In this document: piece after piece, positions 20,885 to 34,353 of the stretch
Numbering within the stretch: position 1 is the first letter of the stretch
Layout: every line of letters begins with the position of its first letter
Translations under genes and position numbers: made by a program
Virus record (IMG/VR): IMGVR_UViG_3300021959_000022
Location: 1-64,000 of that record
Source of the DNA: a virus
Direction: 5' to 3' (one strand)
Length of the DNA stretch: 64,000 bases
The notes under the pieces: model-generated
What the model was told of the DNA's origin: nothing
Seen by the model: the letters and a program-made list of their open reading frames with translations, nothing else
The model's database searches: none

Positions 20885-23800
20885 TGGCAAAATCAACTCG
20901 CCCTTCACATAAACTATTACCACAAACTTTTCAAACCGAAAAGAATAAAAAATTCCTATCCTCCACTCTGGATCAATACATAGAACCATCCACATTGGAT
21001 AAGGTTAATGCTTATGTAGGACAAAAGTATCACAGCAGTTTTAGGAAGGATGACACATATCTTCAAGAACAGAGCAAAGAGAGACAAAATTATCAACTGG
21101 AAACAGCTACAACTTATAAATCTAATGGTTCCGAAATTGATTTCATTGCACCATACATAGATGTGGTCAATGAAATAGGTGCACGCGGTGGTGACAAGTA
21201 CAGACACGACAAACTATGGCAAAGTGATTTTTACTCATATGCTCCGCCGGTAGACGCAGACAAACTCATCAACTTCAGAGAGTATTACTGGATCCCTAAT
21301 GGTCCTATCTCGGTGCAGTCTAACATAGACAACCCCGGAAGTGTGATCACTATTAATGTAACAAATGAAGGTTTAACGGGATGGAAGTTCAACAACAAGG
21401 CCAATGTAAATCCTGACATCACTGTGTACAGAGGCAACACTTACAAGTTTGTAATCAACGCTCCGGGCATGAATTTTTGGATCAAGACAGATTATGGCAC
21501 AGGACGTGACAGCACAGCTAACACAGATTACGTGAACAACAACGGAGCCTCGTCGGGCGAGGTAACTTTGTACATTCCGACGTCGGATTCGTCTACTATA
21601 CCGGAAACTGTTTTATATTACCAATGCGAAGATCATCAACCTATGCAGGGTCGATTAATAATCAAAGACCTTGCCAATGAAAATTTCGACATCCAGGAAA
21701 ACCTTATAGGAGTAAATGGATTCACAGACAGTCTTGGCCTTGTTTATTCATCAGGGCAGAAGATAACATTCCAGGGTGATCCAGTGTCCGACAGACCACA
21801 GACGTTCTACGTTGAAAATGTTGGCAGAAGTATCATGTTGGTAGAGCAGAAAGATCAATTGGTTTATGAGCTTTATGGAATCAGCGAGATTGAACCATGG
21901 GACTACAACGGAGTGACTGGTTGGGATTCCAAGGGTTGGGGCGAAACCATAGGTATAATTGAGTTTCCTGATTACTGGACCATAAACAGAGCATCACAGG
22001 ATTTGAACGCATGGTCCAGAGGCAACAGATGGTTCCACAGATCGGTCATAGAGACAGCCAATCTTAAAAACAATCTTCAAACAACTCTGAATGAAAACCA
22101 GAGAGCCAAAAGACCTATAGTAGAATTCATACCAGGATTGCAACTGTTCAATCACGGTAGCAGAGGCAAGGGAGTTGATTTTGTCGATACCAAGACCACT
22201 GATGCATTCAGCAATCTGCAGGGTGCGTTAGGATTGAGCATTGATCAGACCACAGTGACCGAAGGCTCCACTATCGTGTTTCCTAATGATCCTGAGCAAA
22301 AGAATAAAATTTTTACCGTCAAGTTTGTAGTTCTGGGAGACAGCAGTCTAAGGATCACGTTCGATGATGATTCCACCACTGTGCAAGAGGGACAGAGCAT
22401 ATTCGTCAAAAAAGGTAAAACGCAAAAAGGCAAGACATACCATTACAAAAACGGTGCATGGGTGTCGAGCCAGGCAAAGACAAAGTTGCAACAGAAGCCT
22501 TTGTTTGATGTTTTCGATGATGCCGGAATAAGTTTATCAAAAAATGACACCTATCTGTCGACTACATTTGCTGGTTCCACACTGTTCGAAGTTGCCACTG
22601 ATTCGACTCAAGGAACTCCTGACACTGTGTACAACACAAATGTGATTTACCAAAGATATGGATTGTTGTCGGACATTCAGCTGAATGATTCTTTCAACAA
22701 GGACACATTCCAGCACATAACAGACCAAGGCCTTGAAACATTCAACCTCAGACAGTATTTTTTGAAAGTGAATTCGGGTAGTTCGTACACACTTTCCAAC
22801 AACTGGAAGAAAAATGTAATCGAACATCCTCAACAACGCATAGAAGAATACACAGCCAACAAGGATCAAACAGACTTTGAAGTCAAGGCGTGGAGAAATT
22901 CTGCACAATTGACCGACATCACACTACAAGTTTTCATAGACGGTGAGTTGACCAAAGATTATGTGAGGAAGAACACCAACAAGAACTTGATAGTCCGGTT
23001 GAACAAAAAACAACCACAAGGAACTCAGATAACCATCAAGTCTTACTCTGAGAGAGATTTTCCTACCACAAATGGTTTTTGGGAAGTTCCTGTGACAGTG
23101 GTCGGAAACCCATTGAACAAGAATCTTTTATCTTTCACACACGGTGACATATCTTCACACTATAAGACCGGTGTGCAAAACCACCCCTCATTCACTGGAT
23201 TGGTATCGGGGGCCAACAACAGCAGAGATCTTGACAATGTTTTTGCTTATTCTACTAAATTTTTGCAACATTCCAGCAGTGCACCATTGGCGTCTGTGTT
23301 GACCAGAGATCCTGTTTTGGACATTGTGTCTGCGTTCAGATCTTCGTCCAATGACTATGAAAAAATCAAGAAATCTTTAATTTCAGCTTGCGACACTGTG
23401 ACACTCAACGGCACAGTGGCCGAACAGTTGGACCTACTTTTGTCATACATCAATTCTAACAAAAACAGTTCTATGCCATACTTTTCATCTGACATGTTGG
23501 CATATGGCACCAATAAGAACACACTGTCCTACACAGTAACTGACGCAAACATCACTTCGTATCCTATCACAAGTGCTTTCGATCTGGAAAAATTATCGGA
23601 GAAAAGTGTGTACGTTTACATCAACAATGTGCAGATACTAAACGGAACAGATTATGTGTTTACTGATCTACAAGATTCGACAGCGATCATCGGTGTGGAC
23701 ATAAAAAAAAGTTTGAATGTGGGAGATGTCATCATCATAGACGAATATGTTTCTACACAAGGATCGTACATCCCGGCAACACCCGCCAATCTGGGTTTGG

Positions 23801-26800
23801 CTCCTAAATACACCCCGAGAAAGTTTTTGGATGACACTTATCAATCAGAGGATTCTACAACACAAGGCATCAATGTGATAGAAGGACATGATGGTTCCAT
23901 CACAGTGGCATATGATGATTTCCGTGATGACATATTATTAGAGTTTGAAAAGAGAATATACAACAATATCAAAACTATCTACAAGGATGACATCATCAAC
24001 TTAGAACCAGGCTTCTATAGATTGAATGATTACAGCACTGACCAGTATGACACTTTGATAGCCAGAGAATTTTACACATGGTCGGGCGTGAATGCTATCG
24101 ATTACTCCACTAATTCTACATATGATTCTGGAAACCCATGGACGTACAAATGGACAGGCTATCAAGCCAAGTTCGATGATTCGCAACTCAAGGGTTTTTG
24201 GAGAAGGATATACCACCTATGGTTTGACACAGACAGACCACACACCGCTCCTTGGGAGATGTTTGAATTTTCAGAAAAACCAGAATGGTGGGATTCAGTG
24301 TATGGACCAGCTCCTTACACAGGAGGCAACCTACTGCTTTGGAAACACGTTGAACAAGGGTTCATACCGCAAGGATCGAGAAAAGGATACTACAGGAGGT
24401 ATGCCAGAAACGGAGTCCTTTCCAACATACCAGTAGACGATGCTGGAAGATTGTTGGATCCTGCCAATGCAGGAATCATCAAAGGCGGCACATCATCTGA
24501 ACAACTGCAATCATCTTCTTGGGTTTTTGGAGATTGGGGCCCACCAGAGACTGCATGGAGGAAATCGTCATCATTCAGATTCGCACTACAGATAGCAAAA
24601 TTTTTGGCCAGACCCGGGCAGTATTCAGGATTGTATTTCGACACGTCCAGAATTAAAAAGAACACAATAGATCAATATGTTTACGACGGCAAATATCGAG
24701 ACACCATCACAAACTATGCCCTTCCTTCGGGGACAACTTTAACCGCAGGTTATGTCAATGTGTTGTATGATTATGTCAAAGGTTTGGGTTTCGGCATCGA
24801 TTACATAGCCAATAGGTTATCCAATCTTGATGTGCAGTTGGCCTACAAACTGGGTGGATTCAGCAACAAGGAAAATATGAATGTTGTGGTAGGCAGCTAC
24901 AGTCCTTCTTCGACTAACAAGAGTGTATACATTCCTAAAGAAAATTTCAATTTATACTTGTTTAAAAGTGCACCTATCGACAATGTCAATTACTCGGGTG
25001 TGATAGTTGAAAAATCCGCCGGTGGATACAAACTGAGTGGATACAACAACTTTGATAGATCATTTTCATATTACCCACCTCGGATCAACAACAACAATAG
25101 TGTTGTGGTGGTGGGTGCAACAACAGAATCGTACGTGGATTGGCGAGCGAATGGATTCTATGCTTCCGGATCGGTTGTCAAGAACGGCGGATTCTTCTAC
25201 AGAGCCAACAACAATATTTCCAGCGGACAAACCTTCGAAGAGGACAATTGGAGCAAGATAGGCGCAAGCCTTCCTCTCAAGGGTGGAGTAAGGGTCAACA
25301 AATACAAGGATTACCTGCAGAATGTCGCAACCATAACATACGGCACTGAAGTAAGTTCCACACAGGAAGTGGCCAACTTCTTGTACGGTTATGATCAATA
25401 TCTTAAAACCAAAGGGTTCGTGTTTGACGAGTTTTCAACAGAACTCAACACTCCCATTGACTGGGATCTTTCAGTCAAGGAGTTTTTGTTTTGGAGCACC
25501 CAGGAATGGGAAAATTCAGCAGTCATAACACTTTCGCCGGCATCGGCCAAATTAAAATTCCAGAAGGAAAACACAATTGGTGATGATCTCATAGGCGGTG
25601 ATAATTTTTATACAGTATTACAACAGGATGGATTCCCCATCCAGCCCACAAACTTGTCCACCAACAGAACTAATGGACAATTTGTGATAGAAACCAATCC
25701 AGATGAGGATGGAATCTATAACGCAGACATCAGGGCCATACAGAAAGAACATGTGCTGATACTGGACAACAAGACTTCATTCAAAGATGTGATATATGAT
25801 GACTTGATGGGAGTCAGACAGGACCGTGTAAAATTGGTGGGGTGGAAAACATCCAACTGGAACGGAGATATTTACGCTCCCGGTTACATCGTGGACACTG
25901 CAAAAGTTTATTCCTGGACAACATTTACAGATTACAAGAAAGGCGATGTAATCAGCCATCAAAGCAACACATACGTTGTGTTGAGTAATCATAATTCCGG
26001 AGAAAACTTCAACAATTCTTACTACAGGTTGAAAACAAGTGAGCCGCAAAAAGACCTACTACCGAACTGGGACGCCAAGGCCGAATCGTTTAGAGATTTT
26101 TACTCCTTAGATACAGAAAACTTTGATGCAGAACAACAAAAGTATGCACAGCACTTGATAGGTTTCCAGACCAGAACGTATTGGGAGAACTTGGGATTGG
26201 ATGATTTGACCCAATACAAATTCTACCAAGGAATGATCAAGGACAAAGGCACAATCAAACCCATACAGCGATTCAAGTCTCCGACCACTGTGCAAGATGC
26301 AGTTGAGTACAATGTGTACGAAGAAAATGCTTTCAGAGTGGGAGAGTTTGGGTCATACAGGACAGATCAAAATTATCTCTTTGCTTTGGATGACAAAACA
26401 CACAGACAGCAACAGCAAGTATACAACATCACGCAAAGTGTTGTCGATGACACACAAAATATCATAAATGTTTCAGCATCTGAGATGCAGGACAGACCCT
26501 ACGAATTACAGTTTCCTACTTTTGCAAAATATTCATATGACACACTTAACACCCCGGATCATATTTTCCAGTATCCGATGGCTGGTTATGTACAACCACA
26601 TCAAGCAAAATTTAACGCCTATGACGAATCACAGTTGCTTAATCTTTCAGTCGCAAATATGTTCGAAGGAGATAGGATCTGGTTGGCCAACACTGCCAAC
26701 AAGGACTGGGAGATTTATAGAGCTACGACCATAGACAATTATATAGAATTTTATGAAGCCAGAGATGGAATACTTCAGTTCACCACATATAACCCACACG

Positions 26801-29800
26801 GACTTAATCCCGGAGATTACATTGTGGTCAAGAATTTTGACAATGCCATCGATGGCATCCACAAGGTAACTGAATCACCGGACAGCACAGATGGATTGTA
26901 CAAGTTCAGTGTTCCATTCGTTGAAACATTCGACAGCACAAAGCAAAACGGCACCATCATGAAATTGACTTCTGTGAGACTTTCGAGTGTGGATGACATT
27001 GTAAACATCACTCCCATCAATGGATTTTCAACAGGCGACACCGTGTTTGTTGATAATGGATACAAGACTAACACAGGCTTATGGAAGATATATCAACTCA
27101 ACAACAACTCTGTGTTCGAGAAAAAACAAAAATTTAAGAGTTTAATATCTACAGCGGCAGACACTAATTTTGGTTCTGCAGTGGGAATCAATTCAAACAA
27201 CGGTACAGTATTAGTGATAGGATCACCCAACGAAAATGCCGCGGTGATTTACACAAGGAACTCTGATGCAGACAATTTCAAGCTCAAAAACGAAGTGGTG
27301 TACACATATTTGAATTCAGATTCTTCAGACAAAAATGGCACCAGTGTTGCAGTGTCAGGCGACGGAAACACAGTATACTCTGGTTCACCTTATTCCAAGT
27401 CCATTATGAGATTGAATCTTGCTTCCGCTTACACATCTTTTGTACCCGGACAACTCATATACGGCACAGACAGTGAAGCCACAGGAAGGATCTTGATAAA
27501 CGACACAACAAATAATGTGTTGTATGTCAAGGTAATAAGTGGAGTTTTCACCACAGAAAATTTATGGTTAGAAGATTCGTCCAGTTTGGTATCCATATCG
27601 TCAGTGGTAGGTACCACAACAGAAACTAATCAAGGTTTGGTGCACATTATGACCAAAGATCAGTATGGCAGTTGGGGTATCACCCAATCTGTGGCATCCC
27701 CGACATTAGGCAGCGACGAGTACTTTGGATGGTCTGTGGCTTCTTCGTCTGATGGCACATATCTGTTTGTTGGAGCGCCGTCCAGCACCACACTTGCCAG
27801 TGATTCCGGATTGCATTCAGGCAAAGTTTACGTTTACAAGAAGACAAGCGGCAAGTACATATACAATCAAACACTCACACCAGGCAGTTCATCCCAATCG
27901 ATAGATAAGTTTGGATTCTCCATAGCAGTCAGCGATGATGCTAAGGTGCTCACAATCAGTTCGCCATATTATGATCTCGACTCATCGTCATTCGGCGACA
28001 GCGCCACAGACTCTGGTTCTGTCTATGTTTATAGATTAAACGATGACACTTACTACTATCAAACACAAGAAATAACCAGTCCTAATAATCAAGGCGCCAA
28101 CTTCGGGTATTCAGTGGGCATCAGCGCCACAGACAAGGACTTGTTGATCGGGTCACCACAAACCATAGTAAATGAAAATCCACAAGGCGCTGTGTATTAT
28201 TACAAATTAAATTCATCCTCGCACATCGGGGACGGATCCACAAACGCATTCACTCCAAACTTCACTGTGTCATCTGATACAGTTTCGGTTTCTGTGAACG
28301 GCAACACAGTATATGATTATACCACGTCGGGCAATGTTGTGACATTCGGAACAACTCCTTCGATAGGTGATGCCATAGTGATTTCGCAGTACAAGTTGTA
28401 TCAGACAATCAATCAACCCGTGTACAAAGCCAACAGCAAGTTTGGTCAGCGTGTTGCTGTTGATGGCAAAAGATTAATTGTGCATTCTTTAAATTTCGGA
28501 CCCAAGCAAAAAACAACTTTTGACAAATTTTTGACGGATGGGTCTACTGTGACTGCGGAAACAACATTCGACGGCAAAGCAACTTCATTTGTAAGCACTG
28601 TTTCTAACACCGGCGCCGCATTTGTGTTTTCTAAATTAGATACTAAATTTGTTTACGAATCTGAATTACAACCCAAGGATCTTTCATCCAATGACAAGTT
28701 TGGTTCGGCGCTGGCATCATACAACAGATCGATATTTGTTGGTGCACCCGGCCAGAGCGTGATTGGATCCGGAGACTCCACTTATTCGGGAGCGGGTCAA
28801 GTATATTGGTTTAAAAAACAATCAACAGATGCGAGTGGATGGGAATTGATACAAACTCAACCAACTTTGGTGGATCATAATAAAACTAAAACAGTGCAGG
28901 TTGTGAACAAACAGCGTCCATCATTGATATCAAGATTAGAACACATAGACCCAGCCAAAGGCAAATTATTCGGTAGAGTCGAGCAAAACATATCTTACAA
29001 AACTCCTTACGATCCTGCAGATTACGATTCATGGACACAAACTAACACCGGGCAGGTCTGGTTGGACACTTCCAAGTTTAAGTTTGCTTGGTACGAACAG
29101 GGTGATTTGAATTTTAGATTGTTGAATTGGGGCAAACTTCATCCGAGTTCCACAGTGCAGGCAAATGAATGGACAGAAAGCGAGTACACTCCGGAACAGT
29201 ACAACAACCTTGCAGGAACGCAAGAAGGAGAAAGTTTAGGAATCACAGGAACTGCACAATCAAACTACGTGGCCAAATCAGTTTACGATCCCAATGTGCA
29301 ACAGTTCAAGAACAAATATTTCTTCTGGGTTTCTAACCCAACTGTGTTACCGCAAGTGTTGTTTAGAACAGTCACAGCCAATCAGATTGCACAGTCCATA
29401 ATTGATCCGAAATCATACAGCCAAGAATACAGTGCTGTGGTTAGAGATGATGCACTCTTAGTTTCATACAATCCTAACAGGATAACCAATGAATTGAGTC
29501 TGCGTTTTGAAAACCAAAGCGAGTCTGAGATACAACCACACAAAGAGTATGTTTTAATTTCTGAAAATGACACCACCACAAACATTCCGACACAGCTGAT
29601 TGAAAAAATGAAGGACTCATTGGAGGGCAACGACATAAATGGTAGAACAGTGCCAGACGTCAGTTTCCCATCCACCATGTGGTATGGTATATTGAACAGA
29701 CCGAGACAGTCTATGTTCAAAGACAGATTCGCGGCGTTGCAAAATATGATCGAGTTCGCCAACAAAGCATTGGCAAAAAAACAATACGCTGGCAACAAGA

Positions 29801-32800
29801 CACTGACAAATTGGCTCAAGCAGGAACCATTGCCGAGCAAGATCGTGGAAGGTTACAAAATCAAAGTTGATACTGACACCGATCTCACATATCTAAACAC
29901 AGAAACCTACAACACCAATGACAAAGTCTTGGTTGAATTCGACTCACGTGCCGGCAATCGATGGACCATAAACACTTTCGATGAGAACAGGAAGTTCAGA
30001 ACCACCAAAGTTCAATCATATGACACCAAAAGGTATTGGGAATACACTGATTGGTACGCAAGCGGATACGATTCTACCCTGACTCCTGATTACACGGTGG
30101 CAAATGAGCGTGCAATGAGAACCACCGAATATGCGATAGGCACAATCATAAAGGTCAAATCCAGTTATGATGGAAAATTTAGATTTTACAAGAAGACATA
30201 CAACAGTTTCGACACAATAGCATCCGAGGATGGCACTTTAAAAATCAAAACTAATCTGTATGACACCAGCGGATCTAATCTTGGATACGATGGTGACACA
30301 TATTCTAATAATGTGTTCGATGAAAGAGCAACCACTGAAATAAGATTCTTGTTTGATGGACTGCAGAAGGACATATTCATCGACGCAGACTTGTTAGAAT
30401 TCAACAAGATGTTCTTCACACTCGTAAGATATGCTGAACAAGAACAGAAAAACCTTGATTGGTTGTTCAAGTCATCTTTCGTCAAACTGATCAGCACATA
30501 CAACAAGTTAGAGCAACCACCGGAATTTAGGCTGAACACAACATCGGCTGTCACAGAATTCATCCAAGAAGTGTTGCCATTTAAAACCAAGATAAGGGAA
30601 ACATTAGAACAGCACAAAAATTTAGAAACTCTCGAAGGCGATGTGACAGACTTCGATAACAAATCTTACTATGACAGTCAAAACAAAACTTATGTAGCAC
30701 CAAGAGTATTTGAAGACGACAGCACTTATTTTGATGTGTACAATTACAATCCATGGAAGTTCTATTCAGACAATTACAAGTTTAAAGTAGGATCCATAGA
30801 TGTAGGAACCAAAGGTTCTGGTTACACTTCTACTCCTACTGTCACTATCACAGGCGGAGGCGGTTCCGGAGCTGTCGCAACTGCTGTTGTGAGTGGTGGT
30901 GAAATAACATCGATCAAAGTCACAGCATCTGGCAGCGGTTATACCACAACACCAACAGTCACCCTAACTGGTGGCGATCCAACAACACCTGCTGTTGTGG
31001 CGGCAAGATTGGTCAACAACAAGGTAAGAAGTTTCGACAGCATCATCAAGTTTGATAGATTGAACAGCAACAAAGAAATATCGAATTCTGTGATCAAGGA
31101 ATGGGCTCAGTTCACACCATATGCTGTAAACGACAACATACGAGTTGGTAAAAAAATATACAGGGTACACACAGCATTCACCAGTGACTTGACATATGAC
31201 AAGGACGTGTTGTTGTCTGATTCATCCACGGCTGGATATCTTACTGTGCTCACTGAATGGTCGGCAACAGACAGAATCAATTCATACTATTCGCCTACAG
31301 CGGGAATGGCAGGACTCATCGGTGATGGTTCAACAAACATAGATGCGTATGCACAATTGATGACGGGTTTAGAATATCCTGGCACTAGATTAGTAGGATT
31401 GAAGTTCGAAGAAGGCGAAGGATACGATGTTGAGCCATACGATATTGCAAGATATGACGCAACTGAGCAGGATGTGATTGATCCTACTGAACTAAGAAAT
31501 GTTGACCAAGTGGTTGATTCCAAATCTTTCACCACAACATTGGGCACCAAAGCGGAAGACATTGAAGTAGTAGGCGATGCATTCATTTCAGAATATTCTG
31601 CACATGCACCTGAGGAAGTGTTGCCGGGCGGAGTGTATGACACGCTGGACATGAAAATTTACACAGCACCATCCACGGGCAGTGGAATGATGGCCAGAGC
31701 AACTTACTATGGAGATGGTTCGACCAAGTCGTTCAATGTGCCAGGAAAGATCAGCACCCTGGACAGTGTGAGAGTGTATGTTGACAATCAGTTCAACCAG
31801 GCAGATTCCACAGACTACGAACTCGATGTTGTGGCAAAGACAGTGACATTCAACACTGCTCCTGCTAACATGGCAGTGGTGACTGTACACACGGTGGACG
31901 CATCTGTGGACACGCTGGTAGCAGAATTTGAGTTAGATGGCGATGGCAGTACCACGCAGTTTAATCTTAATGTGTCCAGAGATTCCATCCAACAGACTTA
32001 TGTCACAGTCAACGGAATTAAGACATCGGTCACACTCAACCAACTCACACCCACTTGTGATGACACCACATTTACTGCTGACAACACAAACATCACCGCA
32101 GACGAAACAGGCGACAGCGGCATAACCAAAATTACTTTCTCTTCCGCTCCTGCAGAAGGATCCAAGATATTCGTGCATTTCTTCAATGTTTCCGGAAGCA
32201 TAGCATACAGCGAGATGGTCACCACTGAGTACACAGTGCCGACCACAGGAGCTAACAAAAATAAAGTTTCGCTCAATCCAAGACCTGGATTGATCGGACC
32301 ATACGAACACAAAATCATCGTTGAAGGAGTGTCCGGCACATCATCGACCAACAGATACAGATTGAGTCCACCGGTGGTTAGATATTTCAGCGGAGATGGA
32401 TCCACAAGGACTTTCTTCGTGCCCAACAACAATTTCAAAAAGATTGAGGCAACTGACAGCACGGTCGAAGTTTGGGTGAATGGAATTTACCAAGGAGATG
32501 ACTCTTCAGTCAATTCTGACTACACATTGAACAATGACTCGTCCGATGTTGTAACAGTGACCCTAAACACAGCTCCGGCGGTTGGAGAGACTGTGGCAGT
32601 CATGCTCAAGATAGGACACGATTATGAATTAGACACCAACGCATCAGTTATGACTCTACGTGATGGTTGGTCTTCGATAACTGGCAATGATTCATCGAGC
32701 ATCAACAATGAAAAAATATATGTGACAACTTTTAGAAACCACAACCAGATGAACATGAGAACAGAGCGTTGGGAAGATTACGCATATGATCAAGGTCAGG

Positions 32801-33669
32801 GAGACGTCCATTTTACTTTGGCCAATGCTCCTGTCAGTGCAGATTACACATTCGTGCATCTCGACAAACAGCACCTAACTGCCAACCATGATTATAGGGT
32901 TGAAGGAAACGAGATAATCATTCCTGAATCGGTCATAGGGGACGGCACAGTCAAGGATGTAGTGATTTCGTATGTGACCGGCACAGTTTCACAACCAGCC
33001 ATGGGTTATAGAATTTTCAAAGATATTCTCAACAGATATCATTATAGAAGATTAAGCAAGACACACACCACCACGCTGGCTCAAGCTCTCACACAAACAG
33101 ACACCAGCATAATCGTTGCAGATGCTTCGGTGCTGGCTAATCCAAATCCTTCCGCGAACATACCCGGTGTTGTCTGGATAGGCAAAGAAAGGATCACATA
33201 TTTTACCAAAGATGGGAACACTTTGGGACAGATCATGCGTGGAACTTTGGGCACAGCCATTTCAAACACTTTGGTGAGTGGAACCAAGGTGGTAGATGCT
33301 TCATTGGTGCAAAATATTCCTTACACAGATACTGTAAAAGTTTCTACATTTAAGGGTGATGGAAGCACCACAGCCTTCACAATGGTCAATGATGCTGACA
33401 GTGTGTCATTCACTGCATCAGCAACAAATCAGTTGGTGGTACAATTGGGAGGAACCAAGATCACCGACTACACAGTGGATGGATCAAGCACTATTACATT
33501 GGGAACTGCTCCTGCTACTGGTGTGATGGTAAGAGTAACCAAGAAAACAGGCACAACATGGTACAATGCAGGATCCGGCACAGCCGCTGATGGGTTAGGA
33601 CTGCAAGCATCTACAGGAGAAGAGGTATCATTCTTACAACAACATCCCGCAGAACTGCCCGAAAATTAA
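20884..33669 (+). CDS. giant multidomain virion/baseplate protein (4261 aa)
   Basis: Uninterrupted ORF directly after gp6. Contains a cupredoxin-like YYQC..H..M.G motif, CBM5/12-like motifs, 7 FG-GAP-like repeats, GSGY repeats and GDGST-initiated beta-sandwich repeats. Confidence 0.8.
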   Translation: MAKSTRPSHKLLPQTFQTEKNKKFLSSTLDQYIEPSTLDKVNAYVGQKYHSSFRKDDTYLQEQSKERQNYQLETATTYKSNGSEIDFIAPYIDVVNEIGARGGDKYRHDKLWQSDFYSYAPPVDADKLINFREYYWIPNGPISVQSNIDNPGSVITINVTNEGLTGWKFNNKANVNPDITVYRGNTYKFVINAPGMNFWIKTDYGTGRDSTANTDYVNNNGASSGEVTLYIPTSDSSTIPETVLYYQCEDHQPMQGRLIIKDLANENFDIQENLIGVNGFTDSLGLVYSSGQKITFQGDPVSDRPQTFYVENVGRSIMLVEQKDQLVYELYGISEIEPWDYNGVTGWDSKGWGETIGIIEFPDYWTINRASQDLNAWSRGNRWFHRSVIETANLKNNLQTTLNENQRAKRPIVEFIPGLQLFNHGSRGKGVDFVDTKTTDAFSNLQGALGLSIDQTTVTEGSTIVFPNDPEQKNKIFTVKFVVLGDSSLRITFDDDSTTVQEGQSIFVKKGKTQKGKTYHYKNGAWVSSQAKTKLQQKPLFDVFDDAGISLSKNDTYLSTTFAGSTLFEVATDSTQGTPDTVYNTNVIYQRYGLLSDIQLNDSFNKDTFQHITDQGLETFNLRQYFLKVNSGSSYTLSNNWKKNVIEHPQQRIEEYTANKDQTDFEVKAWRNSAQLTDITLQVFIDGELTKDYVRKNTNKNLIVRLNKKQPQGTQITIKSYSERDFPTTNGFWEVPVTVVGNPLNKNLLSFTHGDISSHYKTGVQNHPSFTGLVSGANNSRDLDNVFAYSTKFLQHSSSAPLASVLTRDPVLDIVSAFRSSSNDYEKIKKSLISACDTVTLNGTVAEQLDLLLSYINSNKNSSMPYFSSDMLAYGTNKNTLSYTVTDANITSYPITSAFDLEKLSEKSVYVYINNVQILNGTDYVFTDLQDSTAIIGVDIKKSLNVGDVIIIDEYVSTQGSYIPATPANLGLAPKYTPRKFLDDTYQSEDSTTQGINVIEGHDGSITVAYDDFRDDILLEFEKRIYNNIKTIYKDDIINLEPGFYRLNDYSTDQYDTLIAREFYTWSGVNAIDYSTNSTYDSGNPWTYKWTGYQAKFDDSQLKGFWRRIYHLWFDTDRPHTAPWEMFEFSEKPEWWDSVYGPAPYTGGNLLLWKHVEQGFIPQGSRKGYYRRYARNGVLSNIPVDDAGRLLDPANAGIIKGGTSSEQLQSSSWVFGDWGPPETAWRKSSSFRFALQIAKFLARPGQYSGLYFDTSRIKKNTIDQYVYDGKYRDTITNYALPSGTTLTAGYVNVLYDYVKGLGFGIDYIANRLSNLDVQLAYKLGGFSNKENMNVVVGSYSPSSTNKSVYIPKENFNLYLFKSAPIDNVNYSGVIVEKSAGGYKLSGYNNFDRSFSYYPPRINNNNSVVVVGATTESYVDWRANGFYASGSVVKNGGFFYRANNNISSGQTFEEDNWSKIGASLPLKGGVRVNKYKDYLQNVATITYGTEVSSTQEVANFLYGYDQYLKTKGFVFDEFSTELNTPIDWDLSVKEFLFWSTQEWENSAVITLSPASAKLKFQKENTIGDDLIGGDNFYTVLQQDGFPIQPTNLSTNRTNGQFVIETNPDEDGIYNADIRAIQKEHVLILDNKTSFKDVIYDDLMGVRQDRVKLVGWKTSNWNGDIYAPGYIVDTAKVYSWTTFTDYKKGDVISHQSNTYVVLSNHNSGENFNNSYYRLKTSEPQKDLLPNWDAKAESFRDFYSLDTENFDAEQQKYAQHLIGFQTRTYWENLGLDDLTQYKFYQGMIKDKGTIKPIQRFKSPTTVQDAVEYNVYEENAFRVGEFGSYRTDQNYLFALDDKTHRQQQQVYNITQSVVDDTQNIINVSASEMQDRPYELQFPTFAKYSYDTLNTPDHIFQYPMAGYVQPHQAKFNAYDESQLLNLSVANMFEGDRIWLANTANKDWEIYRATTIDNYIEFYEARDGILQFTTYNPHGLNPGDYIVVKNFDNAIDGIHKVTESPDSTDGLYKFSVPFVETFDSTKQNGTIMKLTSVRLSSVDDIVNITPINGFSTGDTVFVDNGYKTNTGLWKIYQLNNNSVFEKKQKFKSLISTAADTNFGSAVGINSNNGTVLVIGSPNENAAVIYTRNSDADNFKLKNEVVYTYLNSDSSDKNGTSVAVSGDGNTVYSGSPYSKSIMRLNLASAYTSFVPGQLIYGTDSEATGRILINDTTNNVLYVKVISGVFTTENLWLEDSSSLVSISSVVGTTTETNQGLVHIMTKDQYGSWGITQSVASPTLGSDEYFGWSVASSSDGTYLFVGAPSSTTLASDSGLHSGKVYVYKKTSGKYIYNQTLTPGSSSQSIDKFGFSIAVSDDAKVLTISSPYYDLDSSSFGDSATDSGSVYVYRLNDDTYYYQTQEITSPNNQGANFGYSVGISATDKDLLIGSPQTIVNENPQGAVYYYKLNSSSHIGDGSTNAFTPNFTVSSDTVSVSVNGNTVYDYTTSGNVVTFGTTPSIGDAIVISQYKLYQTINQPVYKANSKFGQRVAVDGKRLIVHSLNFGPKQKTTFDKFLTDGSTVTAETTFDGKATSFVSTVSNTGAAFVFSKLDTKFVYESELQPKDLSSNDKFGSALASYNRSIFVGAPGQSVIGSGDSTYSGAGQVYWFKKQSTDASGWELIQTQPTLVDHNKTKTVQVVNKQRPSLISRLEHIDPAKGKLFGRVEQNISYKTPYDPADYDSWTQTNTGQVWLDTSKFKFAWYEQGDLNFRLLNWGKLHPSSTVQANEWTESEYTPEQYNNLAGTQEGESLGITGTAQSNYVAKSVYDPNVQQFKNKYFFWVSNPTVLPQVLFRTVTANQIAQSIIDPKSYSQEYSAVVRDDALLVSYNPNRITNELSLRFENQSESEIQPHKEYVLISENDTTTNIPTQLIEKMKDSLEGNDINGRTVPDVSFPSTMWYGILNRPRQSMFKDRFAALQNMIEFANKALAKKQYAGNKTLTNWLKQEPLPSKIVEGYKIKVDTDTDLTYLNTETYNTNDKVLVEFDSRAGNRWTINTFDENRKFRTTKVQSYDTKRYWEYTDWYASGYDSTLTPDYTVANERAMRTTEYAIGTIIKVKSSYDGKFRFYKKTYNSFDTIASEDGTLKIKTNLYDTSGSNLGYDGDTYSNNVFDERATTEIRFLFDGLQKDIFIDADLLEFNKMFFTLVRYAEQEQKNLDWLFKSSFVKLISTYNKLEQPPEFRLNTTSAVTEFIQEVLPFKTKIRETLEQHKNLETLEGDVTDFDNKSYYDSQNKTYVAPRVFEDDSTYFDVYNYNPWKFYSDNYKFKVGSIDVGTKGSGYTSTPTVTITGGGGSGAVATAVVSGGEITSIKVTASGSGYTTTPTVTLTGGDPTTPAVVAARLVNNKVRSFDSIIKFDRLNSNKEISNSVIKEWAQFTPYAVNDNIRVGKKIYRVHTAFTSDLTYDKDVLLSDSSTAGYLTVLTEWSATDRINSYYSPTAGMAGLIGDGSTNIDAYAQLMTGLEYPGTRLVGLKFEEGEGYDVEPYDIARYDATEQDVIDPTELRNVDQVVDSKSFTTTLGTKAEDIEVVGDAFISEYSAHAPEEVLPGGVYDTLDMKIYTAPSTGSGMMARATYYGDGSTKSFNVPGKISTLDSVRVYVDNQFNQADSTDYELDVVAKTVTFNTAPANMAVVTVHTVDASVDTLVAEFELDGDGSTTQFNLNVSRDSIQQTYVTVNGIKTSVTLNQLTPTCDDTTFTADNTNITADETGDSGITKITFSSAPAEGSKIFVHFFNVSGSIAYSEMVTTEYTVPTTGANKNKVSLNPRPGLIGPYEHKIIVEGVSGTSSTNRYRLSPPVVRYFSGDGSTRTFFVPNNNFKKIEATDSTVEVWVNGIYQGDDSSVNSDYTLNNDSSDVVTVTLNTAPAVGETVAVMLKIGHDYELDTNASVMTLRDGWSSITGNDSSSINNEKIYVTTFRNHNQMNMRTERWEDYAYDQGQGDVHFTLANAPVSADYTFVHLDKQHLTANHDYRVEGNEIIIPESVIGDGTVKDVVISYVTGTVSQPAMGYRIFKDILNRYHYRRLSKTHTTTLAQALTQTDTSIIVADASVLANPNPSANIPGVVWIGKERITYFTKDGNTLGQIMRGTLGTAISNTLVSGTKVVDASLVQNIPYTDTVKVSTFKGDGSTTAFTMVNDADSVSFTASATNQLVVQLGGTKITDYTVDGSSTITLGTAPATGVMVRVTKKTGTTWYNAGSGTAADGLGLQASTGEEVSFLQQHPAELPEN

Positions 33670-33691
33670 AACACATGAGAAAAGGACTCGC

Positions 33692-33697
33692 TAAATA
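33692..33697 (+). promoter_or_regulatory. late-promoter-like TAAATA
   Basis: 5 nt before ATG 33703. Confidence 0.55.
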
Positions 33698-33702
33698 ACA
33701 AG

Positions 33703-34350
33703 ATGTCACAGCAAGAACAAACACCACAACCGGAATCTAAGAAGCCAGACGAACAGCAAGGCATAGATATTCAAGGTTACATCAAAATTCATGACCCTGA
33801 AACAGGTCAAGTGTATGTGGACAAGAAGAATGCCATCCACTATGAAAATTTTTCCGTGGCATTGGCACAATCCTTGGCCAACAGGACCACTGGCTTCATG
33901 GAAGAAATGCATTTTGGAAATGGTGGAACCACAGTAGACGCTTCAGGTAATATCACATATTTGACACCCAACGCCACTGGTTCCAATGCTAATCTTTACA
34001 ATCGAACTTATTACAAGACTATAAACGACACATCATCATCCAATACTGACACAGCAAGAAACAAGTTAACAATTTCACACACTACAGGAAACACCTACAC
34101 AGATTTGATAGCAACATGTTTATTAGATTTCGGTGAGCCTGCAGGCCAACAAGCTTTTGATAATACAACCACGTTGAATGACACATATGTGTTTGATGAA
34201 TTGGGACTATTCACAAATGAAGGCACAGCGGGGGCTGGCAAACTCTTGACACACGTCATATTCCATCCCGTCCAAAAGTCGTTGAACAGGTTGATACAGA
34301 TCGATTACACTATCAGAATCCAATCATTAACAAATTTTGTGGACGTATAG
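33703..34350 (+). CDS. putative virion structural protein (baseplate/fibre attachment)
   Basis: Sits between the giant protein and the fibres; FDELGL and LLTHVIFHPVQKSLNR.I.IDYT motifs. Confidence 0.6.
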   Translation: MSQQEQTPQPESKKPDEQQGIDIQGYIKIHDPETGQVYVDKKNAIHYENFSVALAQSLANRTTGFMEEMHFGNGGTTVDASGNITYLTPNATGSNANLYNRTYYKTINDTSSSNTDTARNKLTISHTTGNTYTDLIATCLLDFGEPAGQQAFDNTTTLNDTYVFDELGLFTNEGTAGAGKLLTHVIFHPVQKSLNRLIQIDYTIRIQSLTNFVDV

Positions 34351-34353
34351 TAA

